Of a stretch of 64,000 nucleotides of DNA, positions 49,973 to 62,099 are shown piece by piece. A program made the position numbers and the translations under genes. Origin of the DNA: Lepidodermella squamata (Eukaryota > Animalia > Gastrotricha); contig JBLDXI010000001.1 in the NCBI GenBank assembly GCA_047495785.1, forward strand, positions 2,294,001 through 2,358,000. Direction: 5' to 3'. Below the pieces are notes generated by a model. It ran no database searches. It was not told where the DNA came from and saw nothing but the letters and a program-made list of their open reading frames with translations. The first letter of the stretch is position 1, and every line of letters starts with the position of its first letter.

Positions 49973-51371
49973 CTACAAAGCAACGCGAGTTAAATCTGGA
50001 CGATCGCGCTTGTTGAAATGTTTCCTGACGTACAGGAGAAATTGCTGCTTCATATCTTCGATTGAGTCGCTGGCAAAGTAGAGGGGCTGGTAATCGGCGT
50101 CCTGGTACTTTTGAATCGCAACAGATTCCGCGTTGAATTCCCGAATTTCAGGCTTCCCCGAAAGTGAATGTTCCAACTCGCCGTATGCGGACAACAAGCC
50201 CGCTCCAAAGGCTCTGATTTCTCCGCCATTAGCTTCATCACGGCACAAGCCGAATTCGACCGTGAACCAATAGAGCTGAGGAACGAAATTGGAATGAGTA
50301 TGTCTGTTAAAAACTGCTATTAGAAATTACCGTAGACAGCTTTTCGATGTCCTCATCTGAAGCTCCAAGCGATGCAAGACCAATTTCCTGCGAAAAATCG
50401 GCGAAATCTGGATCGGCTAACATTGGAACGTGGCCGAGAAGCTCATGAATACAATCCCTGGAAAATCTTAAGCATTAATGTTGCGGCTTAAGGCTGTGAC
50501 AAAATTACGGCTCAGGGCTATGATGCGGCGATGATGGGTGCCGAATGTATTGCGTGCACATGAAAACGCGAAACGCGAGGCTGTAAAGGAAATGTCGCGA
50601 CGAAAGCAGGCCAGATACTGGTCGTAGCTGGAACCCGGTTTTGCTCTCCAAGTAGTTCGAAGCGTCCTCCAGTTGTGGCACAAAATCCGGCGAATATATG
50701 CCCCGTTCCTCCATTTGGGTGAAAATTCGCACGAATCCTGAGTAGACATGAGTCGCATGAAGACTTTTCAGTTTCTTGTAAACCGAAGACCAAGTCGCTA
50801 CTTCATCGACTGTGAACAACACTTTTGGAATTGGATTCCCCCTAGAAGTTCAGAAATATTAATTATTCAAAATTTATTTTTATGTAGTTATTACATTTTA
50901 TAGTCGTAGGCTATCTGGGCTATGGCATTTCTCCTCGCTCGGTATTCACTGTCGTAGAATCCCTATAATTGATGTTTAGAAAAATGCAGGATAAACAATT
51001 GAGAATAATACCGGATGGCCGGAATCAGCAGTTGGGTCGAATTTTGTGATGCATTCGAGGCATTGATCAAGCTCAGATACATTTTTGGGATACCATTGAG
51101 ATTGATTCAGCAAAGTGTCTTCGATCGGATGAAAGGTTATCGCGCCAATATGTTTCTTGAAGAGTTCCGCCGATTCTTCCTTGAAATTATCGCCTATCAG
51201 CTCAACTTCGAATAGCAATTCGTGCAGGCCATTGGCTCCGAGCTGCTTTCGAATTTCGATTTTGATGATTTCAGCAAAGTTGCTCCTTTGAAATATGTCG
51301 AATAGGCGCTCGATCTCCAATATTGGTTGCCCAACATTTTTCATGGCAAAAGCGTGATAAGCAGGTGGCAT
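49973..51371 (-). CDS. TH: tyrosine hydroxylase-like TH3 (protein apparently identical to TH2)
   Basis: Near-identical to 42191-43589 at an offset of 7782 bp. Confidence 0.88.
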
Positions 51372-52052
51372 TTGAAGAATTTCAAGAAATCTGATATTGC
51401 TATTTCGATGAGTTAACTCACCATGCTGCGCTTATTTATAGGCTAAAGAGCGGCGTGATACTAGATTTTATCGCAGAAAGTAATTACCGGGTGCATCATT
51501 CTCCTGTCTTTAACTACGCACGAAAGTCTGGCCGAAGGCGTCGCCGCGACGGGGTCGATGCCATGATAGACGCATGAAAAACCAAAAATATTGGAAGGTA
51601 GCGCGACAAGCACGTCGCGCGCTGACATCAATGCAATTATATCACGCCGCGATTATTCAGGCGACAGAAAAAATGAGGCGCTCACCTTATAATTATGACA
51701 TTTTAATTATCATAGATGATTGAAAAACTCCATTTAATCCTTGTTTGAAGACTCGAGGGGAAAGCATATGAAATAAATGAACGTTCAGGAATGCAAGCAC
51801 AATTATTCCGCTGACTATTGCAATGAAAGTTCGAATCACTGATTTCTGTGGAAATTGCATAATCCTGTAAAATGATTAGGGATTATTTGGTTTGTTACAA
51901 CACAGCAGCACTGCTTTTTCATTCGGGTGGCTTTCAACCTTCTACTTGACAAATGAGACCTGAATTATCTTTTATTTTCCATGTAAATATCGTAATGTAT
52001 GCGTAATATTTGCAATGGAAAGTCATTTGAATGCAGAATATTAGAAGATATT

Positions 52053-53775
52053 TCAAGGATATTCTTCCTCCGGTAATTTATCAGTAACTCGAGATTTCTT
52101 GCAAGCCATTTTCAGCTGCACGATTGGCTGACCGGGTGCATACCGTTCGGCTGGCGTTTTCGAACCACTTAAGCCATCCCCCGTCTCCGGCATGAAGAAG
52201 AGGCAAAAGCACAGCTCGAAGGCAGCAACAGCGGCGAAAGGAAGAAATGAATACTGGCTCATACTGGCTTGCATAACAGGGAAAATGAAACTGCTGATTA
52301 TGTTGCAGGTCCAGCTCGTGAACATTGCAACACTCATGCCCATCAGCCTTGCGTCTTGCCCAAAAAGCTCAGCAGCGGCAAAGCATGAAATCGGACCGGG
52401 TCCAGACGCCAGGGATATGTGAAATATAGCGAATCCCAAAATACTGGCTTGGAAGATCTGGAAAGTATGAAAATGTTAGCAAAAATGTGTACAATTTTTT
52501 CACGGGCTAACGTTGAACGTTAAAAAGATAACTAGCAGAACTTGGGCCAATGTTATTCCGATCAAACCAGTGATCACTAGCGGCCTTCTACCGACTCGGT
52601 CGATAATTATAGCGTTTATAATATTTCCCAAAAGATTTGCGACCGAAACGCCCAGATTTGCCAAACCAGCCATCTCTGAGCTCAAACCAGCCGAGCTGAT
52701 AACATTAGCTGCGTAGAAGAAAACAGGAGCCATTCCGGTAAGTTCTGCACACATAGTCAGGTTGACGGTGATGATAAGAGGCCACCATAATGAACGACTT
52801 TTGAAAACGTTCCTCACAGAGACAGGTTCGATTTTCGCCTCGGCTGTTGATTCGTCCTTCAATTCAGCTATTTCTGCTAGTATTTCTTTTTCAGAAGCGC
52901 CTCGCAGTTTTTTCAGAGCTTCGATTGCAAGATCTTCTTTTCCAAGATCGACAAGAGCTCGAGGGCTTTCGACAACAAAGAGCAAGGCGGTGAAGTCCAA
53001 GAAATAGATAACCACCTCGAAAACTTGAAATATTTACAGATACATTTTGCACAAATAAAAATCGCTGACTTACGAAACAAATATTGCCACGTAGTCTCTT
53101 TTCCAAGGACGAAGCTGAGGCCGAGTATGTTGGAAACAAGTAGACCCAGACTGGCACCGATGCCGATAAGACTTCCAAGAAGTCCCCTCAACTTATCCGG
53201 CGCGTGTTCGATGACAAGAGACGGGCCAATAACGAGCGCAAAACCGGCTTGAACTCCCAATATCGTACGACCAATGTAAAGCGGAACATGGCTGCCAGTC
53301 CAAGGTGTCACAAACATGATCGAAGCGCCAATAGAGCCGACAGCAGCTGCTGCAGCCAAAGATTTCTTCCTGGAGATGTAACGTAAGTCAATTTGGTAAC
53401 GATAAAAATGTTTTAACGTAGCTTACTTCCCAATCAAAGCTGAAATTTTGACGGGAAACCACGTGGAAGCGATAATTCCACCGATTAAATAGAGCGAGAC
53501 GATCGCGGACCAGTTAGCGTTAAGTTCTTCCGGTGTTGTTAATTGACCGTTACGAACAAAAGACTGGTTGACGTAGTCGTTCAATACTTCATAAGGAGCG
53601 TTAATTACCCCTGATGGGAAAAAATTACATTTTTCATACAAAAAAAGAAAGAAAAAAGCAGTTCACCTAAATTGTAGCCGAACAGAAAAGAGGATCCAAG
53701 CACCACTGTCACGTTGCAAAAGACCAGGTAGAAGGTCCAGGATTTCCGTTCTTCGATAACAGAATGCTTCATCAT
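52053..53775 (-). CDS. SLC2/GLUT-family transporter copy 4 (intact)
   Basis: FLFGYNLG, VINAP, VESPR, AELTG, DRVGRRPL, GPGP and MPET motifs in frame. Confidence 0.88.
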
Positions 53776-54477
53776 CTCGGCAGATTTCACAGCTTCGAAA
53801 GTTTTCGACTTCAGAATAAAGAATTTTTTTTCTTTAGGCGCCTAAATGTGGGCAGCAATCTGCGCTTTCGGCGCCGCATGCGTGCGAGATCGTTGTCTCT
53901 GATTATGGCGAGGATGAATCCTGGTCATACGTGACGTTTACGGCACTTCACACACGATTTCTGAGCGGCAAGCGTGCGCTTTTAGATAGACACGAGAAAC
54001 ATCTAGATAATCAACGGTAATCAAATTAGGATATGTGGCTTACAAATATCAAAATTGAACTCATGATATAAAAAAGTAATTATACGATGTCTCGACGCCG
54101 CCGCGACTAGCACGAATTGATGAGAACAATTAAGATATTAGCTGCCATTTTTTCCAACTACAGAATAGTTCGTTCATTACACTCATTTGAGACGACATTT
54201 TTGGTGAGTAATCGTCCAGAGGTTAACGTAGCAATTTTCATGGCAATATTTCTGCTCATATATGTTGCTGGTTCCTGCGCCCTTGATACTAAGGTAATTT
54301 AAGCTCGATGGAGCTATAATGATGGAGGGCGCTGCGTGAAAATGCCATGTGACGAGAAGTTGAGAGGAATTTAAGTTTTATTTCACACAAAAAACACTAA
54401 AAAGTGCACATTACTCGTTTTATTTCGATAAAGTTGAAAAATTGCGGTGCTAATTTTTTACGGAAAATTTCCCAAGA

Positions 54478-54570
54478 ACCACCGTTACTTTGCAAAACGC
54501 CAGGTAGAAGTTCCAGGATTCTTCGATTACAGACTTTGTTATAGTACATCAGCAGTATTCAGGGCTTCGA
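54478..54570 (-). pseudogene. relic of GLUT exon 1
   Basis: accaccgttactttgcaaaacgccaggtagaagttccaggatt matches GLUT4 exon 1. Confidence 0.55.
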
Positions 54571-55927
54571 ATAATTAGTAAACATGACCGGCGTTTGTTA
54601 ACACGTTAACTGCCGAAAATATACTGTGAGATCCGATATTTTGATCCAAATCTTGGAGCTGTCAAAGCTTCTTTAATTAAAGTTGAAAGTAGGGCAAAAC
54701 TCTTGAAGGGGAAATGTAGGCCATGTCTCAGGGATTCTGGCGACACCAAATTCATGGCTCAAAACATCATGGATTGCACAGAAATCAATTTGAAAAACTG
54801 TGAAAAATTTGGATTGCAGCCAGAAATCAGACCCGAGAATTGGACCCAATTATTGGACCCAGTCAATAACCCCAGACCCAAATTAGAACCCCAATTATTA
54901 GATTGTGGCGCAACAATCAAAACAATCACAGTTTTTTTTCAAATTGATTCTTCCCCATTCTTTTCCACTCCGTTCACCACTACTGAACGTCGTCGTTGCG
55001 CCATTATGCCGTTCACCCATGTGAATATCAAACCTGCGTCAGGTGAAGTTTGTGTCACCTCACTCACGACTCACGATTTATGCGTGGCACGTCTCATTTC
55101 TGTTGTGTGCAATATCTTTTGTTATCTAATTAAGGAATAAAATGAACTCACAGTACAAATACTACTATAATACTATATTAAGTCTACAAAAAAGTAATTC
55201 TATCGTGTCTCGACGGTGTCGCGACAGATTTGATGAGAAAATTACGTGTTATACCAGTTTTTTCCTATTGCTGACTCAGACGAACCATAGGAAAATATTA
55301 TATCACCATAAAATAATAATCGCTCTTCAAAAAAGTGTTCAATATGACTGTATTAGACGCAATCCATGAATGGCGGTAATTGTATATTATTGTCGGAGAA
55401 TGCAGTGTGAATACAGCTTCCATCATTGACCGTCATTTGCAAAGCTCTCAGTGGATCCGCGGCTCACATCGCAAATCGCAACCGCTGTCACAACTCAGAA
55501 GGCTACCTGGCGAACCTGGATGTTGTCGAAAATGCTCGATTTCTCAGTTGATAGTGCACCGCTGATACGAATCGGCGACGATGAATCAGACGCGTTAGGC
55601 AATCTAGCATTACTTCCTTTACAGCGTGAGGATCTGTGCCACTGTGACCGAATCGATCGGATCATCGGATTCCTATTCGGTGAATAACTAGAAAGCGGTT
55701 AATAGTGAAATTTATTTAATAGCGTCCCACAATTTTTCAAACATGGCGCGAGGACTACTAAAGCGTAATCAGGTCCTTTTCGCCAGCCATGCGGCATCAG
55801 CTGTTCCGAGAATACGTGTTCTGATTGGACAATTTGGTGTTACCCGCTGCAAAACAAACTCGGTGAAATAACTCCAATCATTTCTAATCCAATCCTGTTC
55901 AATCAGATTACAGATTTTCTTTCAGCC

Positions 55928-56275
55928 ATGCGATACCAAGTCACTTTCCTTTTCGTTGCCGCAATTATTTGCTCGGCATCAGCCGGCGGTAAGGACTGAT
56001 CCTATATGTTCCACGCTATCATGCTCAAAATGAATTTTACAGTATTTTTCAGACGAACTCAGAGCTGTTTCAATGCTCAGACGATTGAAGGCAGCAGCAA
56101 CATCATAGAAATGCTCCCATTTTCGAATACCCTTCAATGTGAACAAACGTGCTTGAATACAGCAGACTGCGGCGGATACGTTTCCACGGACACCAAATGC
56201 TACCTGTTGAGCTACTGCGACACCAACAATCTCATGAAAGCGCCTCTGAGCCAGGGTCATTACAAAAAAATATGA
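55928..56275 (+). CDS. small secreted PAN/apple-like protein copy B, 2 exons
   Basis: Paralogue of 48602-48967 with signal MRYQVTFLFVAAIICSASAG. Confidence 0.7.
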
Positions 56276-56411
56276 CCGCAATTGCAAACATAATATTTGC
56301 CTTCTTTTTGTAACTTGAAACTTTTTGTAAGTTGACTGTTAATGACTAATCCAACTCTGTTCATATTATTCATCGAACTGGAAATATAACGAACATGACT
56401 GCCACGTCGTG

Positions 56412-56526
56412 AGCCGAATAGGAAAGAGGACCCAAGCACAACCGGCTCGTTGCAAAACACAAGGTAGAAGGTCCAGGATTTCCGTTCGTCAATTACAGAA
56501 TTTGTCATAGTCTCAGCGGTTTTCAT
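56412..56526 (-). pseudogene. relic of GLUT exon 1 (MKTAETMTNSVIDERKSWTFYLVFCNEPVVLGSSFLFG) plus upstream promoter copy
   Basis: Clear homology to GLUT3/4 exon 1 with no downstream exons. Confidence 0.7.
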
Positions 56527-57750
56527 GGCTTCGAATACTTATATAACTCCGGAATAAATAAAAAATAACCGACGTTTTGGTATAATTGTACTCAGTTCTC
56601 ATCAACTTTAATTACTTCAGGCGCTCAATCGTGGGCAATTTTCCTCGGCGAAAAGCTGTCTCTTGGCCCGCGAGATTGTTATCCGATCATGGCGTGGCGG
56701 GTTTGACAATAATTTCGGTTGGTTATACGTGATGCGCCACGTGACGTTTGTGTCACCTCACTCACGATTTCTGCGTGGCACGCCATAACACTGTTGTTTA
56801 GATAATCTATTGTCATCTAATAAGGATAAAACTCGTAGTATAATGCAGTTCACAAAAAAGTAATTATATTATGCCTCGACGCTGTCGCGATAGACTTGAT
56901 GAGAACATTTCGTGTTATACCAGATTTTTCCCATTGATGACTCGGAAACATAAGAATTAGTTATTATACCATCAAATGCATATTTATTCTTCAAAAAGAG
57001 TGTATATTGAGCCAAGTGATTATTTTTGAAAATAAAAATAACTAAACTAAAATTGTTGACACCCTGTTTTCATCGCAGATTCGGATTCGGCGCATCGAAT
57101 TAGGTTAAACCTCGATCTCACCTGGGAAAAACGTGTATTGACAATTTGTTGACCTGTTTCTCGGACATTTCGTTTTTCGAAACTTCTGAGCTTCCTGTTG
57201 TTTCATTCTCTTCCGTGGCAAAAATTGTCGTGTTGCCAACGATACGGCCGATCTTTTGACACCGAGCTTGCCTAGTAGCACCTGGCACAAGGGAAATTTT
57301 TCGGCCTGAAAAAGGGACATTCACGCACCTGGCTCGCGTCCCGGTGTCATTTTTCAAACGGTAAAAGCCATAAAATTATCCATGTTCGATTCAGTAATTG
57401 AATCAAATAAAATGTAGGTAGTGTTCCGCCAAATTATTTCGCTGAAAGTTATAAAACTGAATTTGAAAATATCTCGAGGAGCATAAGCCTGAGTAGCGAG
57501 AGTGGCTTCTCTTGCGAATTTTCTATTAGGGGTGCACAGACACCTGGCCATCTTGACACGTGAAACCTGCATTCGAAGATCTTCGTTGCTGATAAAAGAT
57601 GGGGCGTCGATTTGTCAGATTTTCAAAATTTTCAAAACATTCCACCTTAAATTATCATTGCTGAATGTATTTCTGTTTGATTGAAAGTAATGATTAACCA
57701 GTGGATACTTCTGCTAAAGTTTATCCTCTTTCGATCAAACTCTTCAAATC

Positions 57751-59016
57751 ATGGAAAATCGGCCAAAAATCAAACCGCCTCCATTTAACATGGAAGAAAA
57801 GGTGAGCTAACTCACTTCATACTATAGTTTATATCATGTATGTTTCCAGGCCCTGGTGACAGTTGATGAGGCCAAAATAGTCCAGCGTGGTTTCGCAGCA
57901 GGATCATTTAACCTCACGTATACAATAACCATAGAGCTCGGATCCTACAATAGATCTATCATAGCTGTCGGCAAATCCGGTACCTATGTTTATAGCTTCA
58001 CACCGGAAACCTACTTCACGTATGAGCGAGGCATTCCAGACAGCTCGATCACGTTTTATAACGTAGCACTTGGGCTAGCATCTTCAATCCCCAGGGTGGC
58101 GTTTGTCATCAACCCTTTCGCGAGATTGGAAGAATTCGCTAGAGTCATCAAGCGCTACATGGGCGAAACGGCGTATCCGCTAACATGTTCACAACTAGAT
58201 AACGCCTCAAATCGATTGTTCCTTTCTAACCGGAACACAGCAATTGCCATAGGCTATCCTTCTCGAGCTCCTATCGTGCCATTGGAGCCTAACGGTCGAC
58301 AAACGGTATCGCAGAAATGGCCGTTTTTGGATAGGAACAATTACCAGAGGGCTGTTAACAACAGTTTAGATCAAACTTTCAGCATAAGATGCGCACATTT
58401 CAACTACGTCGACATTCATGACGATCACAACGCAATAAAGCTGTTCAGTAGGTCAAACGACCGCGCTATTTCGACGGCATTTATAACGGGAAATCACATG
58501 GCGACGTGTTTCGAGCCTCCGTTTCATCGGCCGAACTTATTCGCCCTACCAGGTCGTAACGAAATTAGGCAATTTTTTGGGCGGGATTTCGACGAGCCTC
58601 GTATTGGCCAGATCAATAACATGGCTGGGCAACTTATGCCGAGATTTTGGCGAAATTTCAACGCAGTGAATAATATAGGAATTATGACTGCTGGGATTTT
58701 GGAATTTAAGTGGTGTGCGATTTTCAACCAGTATCGAGAGCCACATGTCGAATGGGCTCTGATTCCGCTTCCCGATCTTTCTCGGAAGAGAATTGTTCCA
58801 AATATTGTGACAATGGGCATCATGCCGGAGAAACCGTCTGCTGATCAAATTCAAGTTTTCGGAGTCGCCAGAACTTTGAATGACAGTTTCAGAACTTCAA
58901 CGGCTTACACGTGTTGGATTCGAGTTTCTAGTTTGCGTTTAGGTGGTGGTGGCAAGATCCAGGCTGCTGATGAACCGAAATGGGTACTTGCGATTTTTCA
59001 TAACTTCGACAAATAA
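57751..59016 (+). CDS. hypothetical ~405 aa protein, 2 exons
   Basis: MENRPKIKPPPFNMEEK|gtgagc...ttccag|ALVTVDEAK... joins the 386-codon ORF; no recognisable domain. Confidence 0.6.
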
Positions 59017-59326
59017 ACATGCTAAAAATAAATGTTGAGGGGAAACTCTATGTTTAGTTGTCCATGAAAGCAACTTGTTTTTGTTTATTCTTAAAACAAA
59101 ATCTCAGAAAACAAAACAGTCGTGTTCATCCCACCGATTTTAACCCTGGAATTTCTTACAAATCTCAACTTTTGGCTTGCAACTCGACACGAAATGCTAT
59201 GCGGTGAGAGACAAAATCTATTTCCTGCTTCGAGCAGCTCCCATTTCGCTAATGTTTTTTCTTAAAAAACGGAAAACACGGGAAGTCGAGGTTAGTGCTT
59301 CGAAAAAACTTCCTCTCGGTCGCATT

Positions 59327-62099
59327 ATGAATAATTCTCCGGCAATTGTTATCATGATTTTCAGACAATTTGTTCTAATTTTGTTTGCAGTGTCATCGCT
59401 CACAGCAGCTCGGAAGCCTCGTAAATTGGCTATGATGGCCTTGGTGCCTGAATTTTCTTCATGCGAATCGGCTATTAAAGTCGTGGTGAATGAGGTCAAT
59501 TCAAGGTATGACATTCTACCCGATTACGAAATCGAATTAAAAACCCTGGATGAGGGTCGAGCTGGAATCTCCTCAACTAAAAATTTGATAAATTTCTACC
59601 GCGATTTCGAGGATAATCGCGATAACAATAATACAACCCTTGCGCCTGTTATCATCGGCCCAACGAAAGAGTGTCAAGGAGTTTCTCAGGTTTTAAAATC
59701 CCTAAAATTCACGCAATTTTCAACTGGTTGCTCTTCACCTCGAAACAATATGTATCAACTGCAGCAATCGGTTGAAAATTACGACGACGCAATCGTTTTA
59801 TTATACCAAAAGATAGGTCAATGGCGGCAAATTGCTATCATAACGACCTACATTAATCGAAATGATTACTTGGCAGCTCAACGTATTCAGGCCACGAGTT
59901 TAATTAGCGGAATTGAGGTCGTCTATTTCGGTGTGGAAAGTCACGATATTTCAGACGAATCGCTAATTGCTGTGAAATCAAGTAAATCCCGAGTAGTCAC
60001 ACTGGTTACGTCGAGCCAGCAAATTTGCCTGAATTTCCTGTGCAAAGCCCATGCAAAAGGCATTCGAGCACCTTATTTTGTCTTCATTTTACAACTCAAT
60101 CGCTATTTTCCACCTGAAACTCAAAGCCTCGTATTTCCAAGCGGGTGTAATCGGGAAATTTTAACCGATCAATTTCGAAGTGTGATTTGGCTCGGGAATT
60201 ACCTTGGGAATGTTCGAAATGACTCGATTTCAAGCCTGGGTTACGATTATTCCTGGTTCTCTCGAAAGGTCGATTCAGTCGGGAAAAATTTGCTTGATGA
60301 ATCGGATTCGAAGCCAATTTGCCACGATGTTGCCCTAGCCGCCCTATTAACCTTGAATAAATCCGAAACATTTCTAAAACTTCAACACAACAAAACGCTG
60401 GCTGATTTTCAGAGCGAAGAAGATCAAGATTTTGTCTCTAAACTCGTCAACAAAACAGCTTCTGAGCTTGACGTCATCGGTTATCGAATCGGTCGTTTGA
60501 AATATTCGCAAGGCCGCGTGTTGGAAAATGACCTAGTTCAAATTGTACAATGGATTGGCGGTAGAATTCGCATGCTATTTCGGCTAGAGAAAAACGAAAT
60601 GACCCGAGATTTTGAACTTCGATCGATAGAAACGCCTATTTGGTCGACGCAATCCGGCCAGCCACCGAGAGATATGTCCCAGGTTTCATCTACTCGAGAA
60701 AAAATTCCGATTTTAGCCCTGGCTTTCATTGTTTTCCTAGCAATTTTAGCCGGTATTTGCGAAATCGGAATTTATTTCATGTCTGAAAAACGGCGTGAAC
60801 ATGCGTCACGAAGTTTCTATTTCGGAAATGCAGTTAAACTGCTGATTCTAAGCGGCGGTTTGATTTTCAACTTTGCATCGATTTTGCTCGTGCTCGGCAT
60901 ACGATTCTTTCCTGAAATTGAATGTAAATTGAGACACGGTGTCACTACCTACGGCATGGCTACTTTAAACGCAACCTTGCTGCTGATGATTGTAGCCTAT
61001 GATAAGATGTCTGTGTTTTGCGAACGGCCGGAGAGACGGCGGTCGTTTGGTAGGTCAAGTCCCTGGGCAAAGACGCCGAGTGACAGGCGGGAGAGTAAGA
61101 AGGGGAGTCGAACTGGAACTGAAACTGATACTACGGCGCCTTCGATACGAGCGGGTCAGACTATTCCCGTGGGTGTAATGATCATCCTAGGTGAGTATTC
61201 ATAAAAAGGAAATTATTCGGAAAAGTTTAGGAAATTTTAGGGAAAATTTCAATTTTAGGAATTTTCGAGATTTTCGAATGTTTTATTTATATAAAATAAT
61301 TACCTAATTAATTAAAATCATTTGAATTTATTTTCCATTGTAAATAGAATTATTTCATTTTTTAAGATTTTTAAGATTTTAGAGAAATTAGAAAATTCTA
61401 TACTCGTTTCTAATTTCGAAATTCAAATTTTGCCTTTTTCCAAAAATTCCTTAATTTAACGTAAACTAATGGTTGGTTTTTTGGCGTTTTACAGGTGTTG
61501 TAACTGCTATTCTCATGATATGGCTTGGGGCCGTCGATCCTGCTCGAGTCACCATCGTCCAAGGTTTGCCAAGCTACGATGAACAATCGAATTCCTTCGT
61601 CGAAATCGACCTCGAAGTCTGCACGTCCAATCACGAGCCACTCTGGATCATGGGTCTTTTAATTCTCAATGCTCTTCTTCTAGTTGCTGCTATATTCACG
61701 TGTTACCACGTTCAAAACCGATTCCTAATCCCAGAATTATGCGCCGCCGAATTTCGAGCACTGAAACTTGCGATTTTGAATGCTTCGATATTTTTCCTAG
61801 TCTTTGTCATTAATTTGGTCATTGTCTCGCGAAGTATTTCTTCGTGGATTTCGCCAACTGCTGTCGCTGTTGTGAATATCGCCTACTCGTTTTCAACAGT
61901 ATGCGTCATGTTTTCACAATTTTTCGCCCGCGTTCGAAACGCGCCAGTTATTCAAGTCCGAAATTCGATTATGCCTGATTATCGACCTCGTGCCAGCACG
62001 ATGGGTGCCAATGCGGAGCCGGATGGGCTGAATATTTGTGTGAACAGGAGTCGCAGCAATACGTTCGGGGTATCATCAGTCCCAGCTTTGATGGTTTGA
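59327..62099 (+). CDS. class C GPCR, GABA-B-receptor-like (Venus flytrap + 7TM), 2 exons
   Basis: Signal peptide, VN.R.DILPDY.IEL and IIGP ANF-receptor domain. Seven TM segments including W..VDP, an ECL2 Cys and the E.RAL..AI.N TM6. Intron ~61191-61494. Confidence 0.85.

Larger units (their letters stand above)
41170..57000. repeat. tandem segmental duplication, unit about 7.8 kb (calpain 5' end - TH - GLUT - GLUT relic - PAN-like gene)
   Basis: Collinear paralogous blocks at ~41.2-49.1 kb and ~49.5-56.4 kb, plus a further partial promoter block to ~57 kb. Confidence 0.85.

Noticed and set aside
55380-55690. Short ORFs in a block homologous to ~47400-47640
   Set aside because: The frames are not conserved between the two copies and no protein similarity was recognised.
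41170-57000. Duplication as an uncollapsed haplotype artefact
   Set aside because: The flanks are too diverged, with copy-specific transposons and a decayed calpain stub at the junction. Long-read confirmation is still advisable.
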